From positions 288,548,001-288,612,000 of the forward strand of contig OZ024741.1 of assembly GCA_964016885.1 (NCBI GenBank): a stretch of 64,000 nt of DNA, written 5' to 3'. The stretch is from Eledone cirrhosa. Taxonomy: Eukaryota. A program made the position numbers and the translations under genes. The notes beneath the pieces were generated by a model. That model was not told where the DNA came from and did no database searches. It saw only the letters and a program-made list of their open reading frames with translations. Shown in pieces: positions 1 to 11,346 of this stretch; position 1 is the stretch's first letter, and each line of letters opens with the position of its first letter.

Positions 1-389
1 GGATCAGGATGGAGAGAGAGGTGCTGCACCCCAGCCGTTTTTATGAAAGATGGGTGAAAGTGGCGAGAATGGCCCGTGTGAACGGGCCTTCACTCTACAT
101 CAGAATGTAGGTGAGAAAGATGAAAGATCAAGGGAGCACCCTCTCTCTGTGCTCCTGAGGAGAAGGGTTGCACACTTTTTCGGGGGGAGGGGGGGGGGGG
201 GGTGCTACCCCCCAAGGTGCCTCTTCCCTATTGAGGATTTTGTTATTCAATTTATTTTTGTTATATTTTATATCTTATATTTTTATATTTTGTTATTGCC
301 TCCTCGTTATTGAGGACACCTTTTTATGTAAACTCGCCCCATTGTACTTGTCCCACTCTTTGACGCCCTGGTGGCAAATAAAAAGAAAG
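1..389 (+). mobile_element. 3' end of a Tx1/L1-clade non-LTR retrotransposon (ORF2 C-terminus and 3' UTR), cut by the window edge
   Basis: Encodes ..RMEREVLHPSRFYERWVKVARMARVNGPSLYIRM* (stop ~108-110), matching the ORF2 C-terminus of the 59018-62173 ORF. It is followed by a T-rich UTR, AATAAA and a (TATC)n tail. Confidence 0.88.
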
Positions 390-390
<1 letters not shown>

Positions 391-464
<74 letters not shown>

Positions 465-477
465 ACTATATATCTAT
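391..477. repeat. (TATC)n microsatellite: tail of the first Tx1 copy and 5' flank of the second
   Basis: Read directly from the sequence. Confidence 0.97.
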
Positions 478-3400
478 GTGTACACTTGGACCCGGAGGGT
501 AGACTGGTAGTCCTAGACGTGAACAGTATTGGAGGTGGAGCCTTCAGACTGGTGGCCGTTTATGCCCCGACCGGGCAATCGCAATCACGGCCAGACTTCT
601 TTAAGCGTCTAGAGTCTTTTCTGGGAACGTCTCGCTCCTTACTTTTAGTGGGGGACTGGAATGGTATCCTAGATGCACGATGGGACTATGTGGGAGCATG
701 TCCCAGTAGAGTGGGGTGCAACAGCCTCAAAACTTTAATCGGCCAATTCCAACTGGCCGATAGGTATCGACTGGATTTCCCGACTGCACCACAGTGGACG
801 TGGGCAAACCGTAGTGGGACATCTAGATCGTATTTAGATAGGTTCTTCATTAGAGAAAGGGAAAAGGAGATGTTAAGCTGTCCACGAATGCACATGGTTG
901 CCTATTCAGATCACAAGTTAGTCGTTTGCTTAGTCAACCGTGACAGAATACATAGACAGGGACCCGGATATTGGAAGATGAACGTGTCGTTGCCAGCACG
1001 TAAAGCTTACAGTGAACGGATAAGTAGACTAGTCAAGCAACAGTTAACGGGAGCCATCGTCAACAATAGATGGTGGTACTCTCTCAAGAAAGCAATTAGA
1101 GTAGAATCGATATGGTATAGCAGAGAGTTAGCCTTAGAGAAAAACAGAATAGAAAGAGAACTAGTAGCCAAGGTAGAGGAGGCACTTAGAAGTGGCAACG
1201 CGGCTAGAGTGTTAGCGTCGAGAACGGCACTGGACCAGTTCGTCGATGCGAAACACGAAGGTTGCGTGGTCAGAAGCAAAACACGTGCTCTAGGAAACGA
1301 AAGAGCGAAAGCTGTCAGCTGGGCCCGAGTGGTGGAGGCAAAAAGTGGCAACAAGTCCACGATTCGGTCTTTGATAGACCAAAACGGACGCGTGCTACTT
1401 GACCCCAAGCAAATGTGCGCGGCCCTTCAGCGGCACTTTGCGCGACTGTTTGAGCAGAACGACGGTGAGCCGAACGGCGCAATGGACTTTAGTTCATACC
1501 TCGACGGCCTGCCGCGTCTCTCGAACACGGACGCCGAGTTCTGCGAAAAGCCGATCATGGACACTGAGATACGGGACGTTCTGGGCCGCTGCGGGAAACG
1601 CAAGTCACCCGGTCTAGATGGTCTACCCTACGAGTTTTACATAGGCATGCCGGACTTGTTCTCTGGCGTCCTCGAAGCCGTCAACTGCAATTGGCAGCAG
1701 AACGGGAGAATTCCCAGTTCTGCAGGCAAGGGCGTAGTAACGCTGATCAGAAAAGACGAGAACAAGAGGGACGAAATTAACAACTTCAGGCCCATAACTC
1801 TGCTCAACACAGAGTTAAAGATTTTGGCCAAGGTGCTAGCGACGAGGTTGGCGCTTGTCGTCGAGAACCTGGTAGGGAAAGCGCAAACTTGTGCAATCCC
1901 GATCAGGTCCATACACGACAACCTCCACCTCATGCGATACATCATAGAGAGGGTTGGTAGTAAACTCGGCTTCGGTGGGGCTCTGATCAACTTGGATCAG
2001 TCTAAGGCATTCGATAGGGTCGACCATCGATACTTGGAAGCGGTTCTCAAGGCGGCCGGTTTCGGTCCTGTGTTCAGAGGATGGATCGAAGCGATGCACA
2101 CCAGCATCTGCTCGAGAGTCAAGGTGAACGGCTACCTATCGGAGCCGTTCGCAATCACGCGTTCCATTCGACAGGGGTGCCCTCTCTCCTCCATTCTGTA
2201 TGTATTGACTCTAGAGCCACTACTGCGGAAATTGGAGCTGTTGCAGGGCATCCCTCTAGAACCGGGACTGCGCAAGCGGCATAACGGTAATAGTGTTCGA
2301 GCACCTCGGAAATCGGGGTGATCGGCAACTTACTGAATGAATACGAAACACTGACGGGAGCAAAACTAAACCCGGACAAGTCTGTCGGTTTGCAACTCGG
2401 TACGTGGAGAGGCAAACCGATGACGTCCGACAGCGTCGTTGGACGCTGGACGGACGGACCGGTGAAAATTGCTCGGGGTATGGTTCGGTCCAGACCTCCA
2501 GGTGGAGAAAAACTGGAACGAGGTCACGGCCAAGGTGTTTGCACTCACCCAGAAGTGGGCAGAGTGCAAACTGTCCTTGAAAGGTCGAGCGGAGGTGGCG
2601 AACACTTTCATAGCGTCCGTCATCTACTACCGCTTGACTGTCCTGCCTTGTCCACGTGAACACCTCGCCAAGATGGAACGCATGCTCTTCCAGTTTCTGT
2701 GGAAGAAGCAGGCTCTGCTGGTGAGGAGATCCGTCTGCTGTCAGCTCCCTTCCAACGGAGGGCTGGGAATGCCGTGGCTGATGATGCGCAAACATGCGCT
2801 GAGGCTGCGGCATCTCCAGGTATTCCTCACCGACCAACCGGTGTGGGCACCGTTTGTGAGACAGGCTTTTCCACAGCTCGTCTCGCTGACGGATCTGCAG
2901 TCCGAAAACGATGGGCGCCTGGCATATTGAATGCGCTCAGGCGCTCACAGTCCTCTGGCAAGCGGGCGCAGCAATCAGTGGAGACTCCACTTCAACATTC
3001 TATAGAGGAATTTACGTTACAAGGGCGACGACGTGCTCGGAGAGACTCTGGGCGTCGAAAACGATGAGCTCACCAGTCTCTTTGGTAGGACTTTCCGCCC
3101 GGGACCTATGGACAACTTCCAGAGGTCCCTGGCCTGGCAGTGCTACCGAGGAGCTCTACCGGTTCGTGACAAGATCTACAGGTACGGACGCCCAGGCAGG
3201 GATCCTTACAAGAGGACGTGTCCAAGATGCGCGCAGGACATTGAAACAGTCCTGCACGCAATTGTACACTGCCCGGGAGTAACCGACCTGTAGAACTATG
3301 CAGAACAACTGCTGTCGCGTATGGGACAAATACAGTTGACTGCCGAGTCCATAGTAAGGATCAAACCACCAGCCTCTTTCAAAAACGAAAGAGGCGGTTT

Positions 3401-3633
3401 TCCTCTGTACGGTGGCTATGGTGAAAGAAGTTATATGGTGGACGAGGTTGAGAGGACTGAGGACAGATGCCTTTCTCTCCGGACAACAATTGATTCCCTT
3501 CTTTAAGTATCACTTTAGAAGGAGAATCAGGGTGGAGAGAGAGGCACTGCACCCCAGTAAATTTACTGAAAGGTGGGTGAATGAAGCGAAAATGGCCCGA
3601 GTGATTGGGCCTTCTCTGTTTATAAGCCTGTAG
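478..3633 (+). pseudogene. Disrupted ORF2 (endonuclease/reverse transcriptase) of the Tx1-like element
   Basis: Split over ORFs 168-2321, 2318-2659, 2469-2930, 2911-3282, 3033-3293, 3321-3506 and 3412-3633. A short deletion near 2280 removes the YADD motif present in the intact copy. The ORF-track N-terminus 168-477 is UTR and microsatellite read-through. Confidence 0.9.
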
Positions 3634-3867
3634 GTTAAAGAAGAGAGCAAAAGGAAGAAGGGAGCACTTGCACAACACGCTCCTGGAGTTGAAGGTTGTT
3701 CTATCGATGGGGTATTAAACAACCCATTTGTGGCGCCTCCCCACTATTGGGGATTTCGATTGTTGTAATTGTTTGTTTTTATATTTTTTACACGACTGTA
3801 TGTAAAATCCCCGGCATGTCTTTGTATTGTCCCCTTTTCTTGTGCGCCCTTGTAGCTAATAAAGAAA
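478..3867 (+). mobile_element. 5'-truncated, inactivated Tx1/L1-clade LINE (APE endonuclease, RT, CCHC)
   Basis: APE motifs VYAP, LVGDWN, SYLDRF, SDH; RT motifs PGLDG, FRPITLLN, LDQSKAFDRV, RQGCPLS; CPRC..H...C. AATAAA at 3858 followed by (TTTC)n. Confidence 0.93.
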
Positions 3868-3873
3868 TATATC

Positions 3874-3874
<1 letters not shown>

Positions 3875-3937
<63 letters not shown>

Positions 3938-4038
3938 TTTTTCATTTTGACTATAGGATCTCTCTCTCTCTCTCTTTATATATATGTTTGTGTGTGTGTA
4001 TGGGTGTGTATATATACATACACACACACACACACACA

Positions 4039-4116
<78 letters not shown>

Positions 4117-4315
4117 GAAAGAGAGAGAGAGCGTGAGAAATACATACATACGTACATACATACATGCATACATACACACACACATACATACATACATACA
4201 TACATACATACATACATACATACACACACACATACATACATACATACATACATACATACATACATACATACATACATACATACATACATACACACGTACA
4301 TATGTACATACATAT
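3875..4315. repeat. Compound microsatellite (TTTC)n/(TC)n/(TA)n/(GA)n/(CATA)n
   Basis: Read directly from the sequence. Confidence 0.95.
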
Positions 4316-4599
4316 CTCTGAATATGATTTATGCATGCATGTATTATAATGATTTCTTTATTGGTCACATAAACATTAAGAGCCATAGAAAAACGTTGCT
4401 TACAAGAAGCAGACGATATGAAAATACGTGATCAACTGGAGAATTCTTATAGAAATCTTATTTTCGACTACAGAACACGTTTCTATATAACAGCTTAACA
4501 CTTAAGTTGGCGAATAGAGGAGCCCCTATATAAGTACACTACCTGTTAGAAATAGAAGTCAAATTTCCTTGAAATCACATCCTACTGTCTTAAAAAGTA

Positions 4600-4654
<55 letters not shown>

Positions 4655-4868
4655 TTAAAAATGTACATCCACATATGTATACTGAAATACTAGTATGCAT
4701 ATGAATACACACACGTATACATATGTAGATGTACCGAGTTTTTCACTGGTCACTTTACTGCGAGTGTCCAGCTATTCTGTATGTAAACACACAGACAAAC
4801 CGGTTTTTAGAGTCATACTGGTTTTTGAGGAAACACCTTTCCTCTATTCTCCAGAAAGCCAGACAAGG

Positions 4869-4913
4869 AATATTGAACTAGTTTCGATGTTGTTACATCT
4901 CATCAGCAATATT
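4869..4913 (-). ncRNA. Minimal type I hammerhead ribozyme (466-bp unit, inverted arm)
   Basis: Reverse complement reads AATATTG-CTGATGA-GATGT aaca ACATC-GAAA-CTAG-T-T-CAATATT. Confidence 0.88.
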
Positions 4914-5620
4914 TACCTATCTTCCGGCCTCTCTAGAGAATCGTAAAAGCACATATCGTTATATGCTTTTTCTATGAAAATTAGTAGTGGGCAGACTAAT
5001 TTGCATAGAGCGTGAGTACGTACCGGTTCAACGGAGACGATAAAAACAAATAACGAAACGAAATTAAACCTCGTTTCGTTTGTAACTCACTTTTGTATGA
5101 CTGACGCTTAAACAATTAAGTTAAAAATGTACATCCACATATGTATACTGAAATACTAGTATGCATATGAATACACACACGTATACATATGTAGATGTAC
5201 CGAGTTTTTCACTGGTCACTTTACTGCGAGTGTCCAGCTATTCTGTATGTAAACACACAGACAAACCGGTTTTTAGAGTCATACTGGTTTTTGAGGAAAC
5301 ACCTTTCCTCTATTCTCCAGAAAGCCAGACGTACAAAAACCAGTATGACTCTAAAAACCGGTTTGTCTGTGTGTTTACATACAGAATAGCTGGACACTCG
5401 CAGTAAAGTGACCAGTGAAAAACTCGGTACATCTACATATGTATACGTGTGTGTATTCATATGCATACTAGTATTTCAGTATACATATGTGGATGTACAT
5501 TTTTAACTTAATTGTTTAAGCGTCAGTCATACAAAAGTGAGTTACAAACGAAACGAGGTTTAATTTCGTTTCGTTATTTGTTTTTATCGTCTCCGTTGAA
5601 CCGGTACGTACTCACGCTCT

Positions 5621-5628
5621 ATGCAAAT
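5621..5628 (+). promoter_or_regulatory. Octamer motif ATGCAAAT, present in each complete 466-bp unit ~90 nt upstream of the HHR
   Basis: Exact octamer. It is kept at a similar position in the diverged relative at 28687-28694. Function is inferred only. Confidence 0.4.
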
Positions 5629-5713
5629 TAGTCTGCCCACTACTAATTTTCATAGAAAAAGCATATAACGATATGTGCTTTTACGATTCTCTAGAGAGGC
5701 CGGAAGATAGGTA

Positions 5714-5758
5714 AATATTGCTGATGAGATGTAACAACATCGAAACTAGTTCAATATT
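5714..5758 (+). ncRNA. Minimal type I hammerhead ribozyme (array copy 1)
   Basis: Stem I AATATTG/CAATATT, core CUGAUGA, stem II GATGT/ACATC, GAAA, palindromic stem III ACTAGT. Cleavage triplet GUU (cut after 5751). Stem I extends through GCCGGA..AGG/CCT..TCTGGC. Confidence 0.9.
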
Positions 5759-6179
5759 CCTTGTCTGGCTTTCTGGAGAATAGAGGAAAGGTGTTTCCTC
5801 AAAAACCAGTATGACTCTAAAAACCGGTTTGTCTGTGTGTTTACATACAGAATAGCTGGACACTCGCAGTAAAGTGACCAGTGAAAAACTCGGTACATCT
5901 ACATATGTATACGTGTGTGTATTCATATGCATACTAGTATTTCAGTATACATATGTGGATGTACATTTTTAACTTAATTGTTTAAGCGTCAGTCATACAA
6001 AAGTGAGTTACAAACGAAACGAGGTTTAATTTCGTTTCGTTATTTGTTTTTATCGTCTCCGTTGAACCGGTACGTACTCACGCTCTATGCAAATTAGTCT
6101 GCCCACTACTAATTTTCATAGAAAAAGCATATAACGATATGTGCTTTTACGATTCTCTAGAGAGGCCGGAAGATAGGTA

Positions 6180-6224
6180 AATATTGCTGATGAGATGTAA
6201 CAACATCGAAACTAGTTCAATATT
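6180..6224 (+). ncRNA. Minimal type I hammerhead ribozyme (array copy 2)
   Basis: Identical to 5714-5758. Confidence 0.9.
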
Positions 6225-6645
6225 CCTTGTCTGGCTTTCTGGAGAATAGAGGAAAGGTGTTTCCTCAAAAACCAGTATGACTCTAAAAACCGGTTTGTCT
6301 GTGTGTTTACATACAGAATAGCTGGACACTCGCAGTAAAGTGACCAGTGAAAAACTCGGTACATCTACATATGTATACGTGTGTGTATTCATATGCATAC
6401 TAGTATTTCAGTATACATATGTGGATGTACATTTTTAACTTAATTGTTTAAGCGTCAGTCATACAAAAGTGAGTTACAAACGAAACGAGGTTTAATTTCG
6501 TTTCGTTATTTGTTTTTATCGTCTCCGTTGAACCGGTACGTACTCACGCTCTATGCAAATTAGTCTGCCCACTACTAATTTTCATAGAAAAAGCATATAA
6601 CGATATGTGCTTTTACGATTCTCTAGAGAGGCCGGAAGATAGGTA

Positions 6646-6690
6646 AATATTGCTGATGAGATGTAACAACATCGAAACTAGTTCAATATT
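6646..6690 (+). ncRNA. Minimal type I hammerhead ribozyme (array copy 3)
   Basis: Identical to 5714-5758. Confidence 0.9.
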
Positions 6691-7111
6691 CCTTGTCTGG
6701 CTTTCTGGAGAATAGAGGAAAGGTGTTTCCTCAAAAACCAGTATGACTCTAAAAACCGGTTTGTCTGTGTGTTTACATACAGAATAGCTGGACACTCGCA
6801 GTAAAGTGACCAGTGAAAAACTCGGTACATCTACATATGTATACGTGTGTGTATTCATATGCATACTAGTATTTCAGTATACATATGTGGATGTACATTT
6901 TTAACTTAATTGTTTAAGCGTCAGTCATACAAAAGTGAGTTACAAACGAAACGAGGTTTAATTTCGTTTCGTTATTTGTTTTTATCGTCTCCGTTGAACC
7001 GGTACGTACTCACGCTCTATGCAAATTAGTCTGCCCACTACTAATTTTCATAGAAAAAGCATATAACGATATGTGCTTTTACGATTCTCTAGAGAGGCCG
7101 GAAGATAGGTA

Positions 7112-7156
7112 AATATTGCTGATGAGATGTAACAACATCGAAACTAGTTCAATATT
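7112..7156 (+). ncRNA. Minimal type I hammerhead ribozyme (array copy 4)
   Basis: Identical to 5714-5758. Confidence 0.9.
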
Positions 7157-7577
7157 CCTTGTCTGGCTTTCTGGAGAATAGAGGAAAGGTGTTTTCTCAA
7201 AAACCAGTATGACTCTAAAAACCGGTTTGTCTGTGTGTTTACATACAGAATAGCTGGACACTCGCAGTAAAGTGACCAGTGAAAAACTCGGTACATCTAC
7301 ATATGTATACGTGTGTGTATTCATATGCATACTAGTATTTCAGTATACATATGTGGATGTACATTTTTAACTTAATTGTTTAAGCGTCAGTCATACAAAA
7401 GTGAGTTACAAACGAAACGAGGTTTAATTTCGTTTCGTTATTTGTTTTTATCGTCTCCGTTGAACCGGTACGTACTCACGCTCTATGCAAATTAGTCTGC
7501 CCACTACTAATTTTCATAGAAAAAGCATATAACGATATGTGCTTTTACGATTCTCTAGAGAGGCCGGAAGATAGGTA

Positions 7578-7622
7578 AATATTGCTGATGAGATGTAACA
7601 ACATCGAAACTAGTTCAATATT
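7578..7622 (+). ncRNA. Minimal type I hammerhead ribozyme (array copy 5)
   Basis: Identical to 5714-5758. Confidence 0.9.
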
Positions 7623-8043
7623 CCTTGTCTGGCTTTCTGGAGAATAGAGGAAAGGTGTTTCCTCAAAAACCAGTATGACTCTAAAAACCGGTTTGTCTGT
7701 GTGTTTACATACAGAATAGCTGGACACTCGCAGTAAAGTGACCAGTGAAAAACTCGGTACATCTACATATGTATACGTGTGTGTATTCATATGCATACTA
7801 GTATTTCAGTATACATATGTGGATGTACATTTTTAACTTAATTGTTTAAGCGTCAGTCATACAAAAGTGAGTTACAAACGAAACGAGGTTTAATTTCGTT
7901 TCGTTATTTGTTTTTATCGTCTCCGTTGAACCGGTACGTACTCACGCTCTATGCAAATTAGTCTGCCCACTACTAATTTTCATAGAAAAAGCATATAACG
8001 ATATGTGCTTTTACGATTCTCTAGAGAGGCCGGAAGATAGGTA

Positions 8044-8088
8044 AATATTGCTGATGAGATGTAACAACATCGAAACTAGTTCAATATT
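8044..8088 (+). ncRNA. Minimal type I hammerhead ribozyme (array copy 6)
   Basis: Identical to 5714-5758. Confidence 0.9.
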
Positions 8089-8509
8089 CCTTGTCTGGCT
8101 TTCTGGAGAATAGAGGAAAGGTGTTTCCTCAAAAACCAGTATGACTCTAAAAACAGGTTTGTCTGTGTGTTTACATACAGAATAGCTGGACACTCGCAGT
8201 AAAGTGACCAGTGAAAAACTCGGTACATCTACATATGTATACGTGTGTGTATTCATATGCATACTAGTATTTCAGTATACATATGTGGATGTACATTTTT
8301 AACTTAATTGTTTAAGCGTCAGTCATACAAAAGTGAGTTACAAACGAAACGAGGTTTAATTTCGTTTCGTTATTTGTTTTTATCGTCTCCGTTGAACCGG
8401 TACGTACTCACGCTCTATGCAAATTAGTCTGCCCACTACTAATTTTCATAGAAAAAGCATATAACGATATGTGCTTTTACGATTCTCTAGAGAGGCCGGA
8501 AGATAGGTA

Positions 8510-8554
8510 AATATTGCTGATGAGATGTAACAACATCGAAACTAGTTCAATATT
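8510..8554 (+). ncRNA. Minimal type I hammerhead ribozyme (array copy 7)
   Basis: Identical to 5714-5758. Confidence 0.9.
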
Positions 8555-8842
8555 CCTTGTCTGGCTTTCTGGAGAATAGAGGAAAGGTGTTTCCTCAAAA
8601 ACCAGTATGACTCTAAAAACCGGTTTGTCTGTGTGTTTACATACAGAATAGCTGGACACTCGCAGTAAAGTGACCAGTGAAAAACTCGGTACATCTACAT
8701 ATGTATACGTGTGTGTATTCATATGCATACTAGTATTTCAGTATACATATGTGGATGTACATTTTTAACTTAATTGTTTAAGCGTCAGTCATACAAAAGT
8801 GAGTTACAAACGAAACGAGGTTTAATTTCGTTTCGTTATTTG

Positions 8843-8904
<62 letters not shown>

Positions 8905-9033
8905 CGAATGTGTACGTGTATGTGTACGTGTGTGCGTGTGTGTGCGTGAGTGTGTGTGTGTTTGCAAATGTATATAACCACATTTAAATATATAGATAAA
9001 TATATATACATAAGCACAGACATATACCCACCC

Positions 9034-9075
<42 letters not shown>

Positions 9076-9719
9076 GAATAAACGGGCTGTGTAGTTGCAG
9101 TATAAGGTATACTTAGAAAAAGAGGAAAGCAAGAACGGAAGAAAATTTTGCTTCATCAGTTGTCTGCTGGGGGTCTTGGACATTTCAACTCATTAAAGAC
9201 AATATGTCTCACCCCAGGGCGTCAATAACTCAAGGAAGTTATTGGGAAAAAAAGGGAAAGAGAGAAAAGAATAGTAACAGAAGGGAAGAGGGAAGAAAAA
9301 GGAAAAGACAGCGAAAACAAACAAAAAAAAGCGAAAAAAGCGAAAAAAGCGAAAAAAAACGGGAAGCAACAAACTGAAGAGGGAAACCCGAAGCATATAT
9401 ATGTGAGCAACTGGAAGAGGGAGAACCAAATACAGAGAGAGAAAGAGCCATAAACCGCACAATAAACACAATACATATAGAAGAATATGTAGACAGGTGG
9501 AATCATAAGTGAAACCTCATAGCGGTATGAAATAGCGCTATAAGGTTTCACTTATATATATATCATACCGTGTTTCTTGTGCGATATATGGTTCTTTCTC
9601 TCTCTGTATATACATATATCTCTTTATTTGGTTATTTTGGCTCTAGATAAAGTCTATTGAGCTTGCTTATTGAGAAACACAAAATTCTAAACATATTTGG
9701 TATAATTTGATTCCTTATT

Positions 9720-9753
<34 letters not shown>

Positions 9754-9769
9754 TACGTATATGTATATG

Positions 9770-10079
9770 TTTGACCTCCTCCAATTCCAATGATCAGCGC
9801 TCCAGATGTTGGAACTGATCGTGAAATTAACGTGCAAGTGGCTGAGCTTTTCACAGTCACATGTACCCTTAACGTAGTTCTCAGGGAGATTCAACATGAC
9901 ACAGTGTATTACAAAGCTGACTCTTTGAAGTATAGGTAAAACTGATTTTTACCAGCTGAGTGAACTGAAGCAATGTGAAATAAACATTCTTGCTCAAGAA
10001 CTCAAAGTGCTGCTGGGAATCGATCTCACGACCTTACCATCGGGAGCCGAATCCCCTAACCTTTAAGCCACGCGCCTTC
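9770..10079 (-). mobile_element. tRNA-derived SINE (CORE-like body)
   Basis: Minus strand shows a GGCGCGTGGCTTAAAGGTTAGG A box, a GATCGATTCC B-box-like motif and TTGAGCAAG..TTTATTTCACATTGCT. Related fragments at ~37147-37280, ~48985-49110 and ~57960-58000. Confidence 0.75.
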
Positions 10080-10806
10080 ATTCGAGTCATATGCTGGTGT
10101 CCATCTATTTAACCATTCTCACTGAAATTTCTCCGGAAATTTTTGAGGTAGAAATCAGAATGAGTGAAAACTCGTGATGCTCAGCATATCAGCCACAACA
10201 CACCCTTCCCTAAATAAACAAAAATCAAATCAAACAGTTAATAAAATCAGTAAAATAAAAGTAGTTTGTGCCCCGTTGATAACTTATTATTGGGCCTGAC
10301 CCGGTTAAACACATGATATTTAGGTGACCTTAGAAGAGTTTACTTTATTTCATATATCGTGCTCATTCTGACCACCCCTATCTTACCCGGTTTCCTTCAC
10401 TCTCACATTTTTCTAAATTCGATCATGCTGAGCATCAACTATTACAATTGTATCAGTCAGGTTATAGACCTTGCTTGTTCCTCTGTCCTTAGGTTATAGG
10501 TTATGCTCCTTACTTCTTAGATTTGACTGAAAAACAGATAAAAGAAAGAGTAAAAGAAAAATATGTACAAATCCTGTTTACGTTTTACTTTCATCTGTCT
10601 CATTCTTCCCTTATTTGCTAAAACTGCTTGTCAGTTGGTCTACCACATTAGGGCAGTTTCTGATCGGAGGTGGGTGTAAATTTTAGAATTTCAAAGGGAA
10701 CTGTTGGGGTGTCAGTATGGAAATTGTCTTTAGTTAAATAATTCTTTATCCTTGTTCGCACTGATTTAATTTCCATAATGTTAAGGATGCTACTTTTAAA
10801 TTTATA

Positions 10807-10966
10807 TAAGGCTGTTAATGTTATGTAATAAATTGTGTTGATTACATGACTACTAATTTCAAATTAACATAAGACTGTTGTTGTTATGTAATAAATTGTG
10901 TTGCACACACGACTACTAATACTGAATTAGCATAAGGCTGATAATGTTATATAATAAATTATGTTG
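10807..10966. repeat. 63-bp minisatellite, ~2.5 diverged copies
   Basis: TAAG(G/A)CTG...TGTTAT(G/A)TAATAAATT(G/A)TGTTG starts at 10807, 10870 and 10933. Confidence 0.8.
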
Positions 10967-11199
10967 TATACAAGATTACAGTTTTCTTGTTAGATGTGTG
11001 TATATGTAGGAGGTCTAACTGAAAGAGAGGGGAAATATTCGATCCATAACTCTTGTTCAAGTTGTAGGGATGCCTTCGTGACAAATAGTGTGTTCGGCCC
11101 TTTAAACCTGGTGGAACCTCTCCAGGTCTCACCAAAGCCAATTGTTTTCAAGAGAGTGTGCGACAGAAGAAGTGAAAAAGAGATATATAGACAAAATCA

Positions 11200-11346
11200 G
11201 CCGCAATACAGGACTGGTACTCCTTTATTGACATCGAAAGGATGAAAGGCAAAGTTGGATTTGTCGGAATTTGACTTCAGAGAGCGCAGAAAGCCAGAAC
11301 GAACACAGCAAAACATTTTATCCAACGTTTTAGCTAATTTGCCGCC
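11200..11346 (-). mobile_element. Diverged tRNA-derived SINE (family with the TTTGCCTTTCATCCTT..CGATAAAATAAGTACCAG core)
   Basis: Plus strand ACTGGTAC..AAGGATGAAAGGCAAAGTT..GGAATTTGA is shared with the other copies. Confidence 0.7.

Larger units (their letters stand above)
4651..8849. repeat. 466-bp tandem array with one hammerhead ribozyme per unit: ~1.5 units in one orientation (4651-5330) joined head-to-head to ~7.5 inverted units (5334-8849), flanked by (TA)n
   Basis: Period 466 (identical 83-aa pseudo-ORFs end at 5932, 6398, 6864...). Only two substitutions noticed (~7195, ~8155). Inversion junction at 5330-5334. Confidence 0.95.

Noticed and set aside
168-477. N-terminal extension of the 717-aa ORF
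   Set aside because: It is read-through of the upstream element's 3' UTR and (TATC)n tail.
4695-8728. Repeated 83-aa ORF (MHMNTHTYTY...) as a multicopy gene
   Set aside because: No recognisable domain, antisense to the ribozyme, and not evidently preserved in the diverged relative at 28657.
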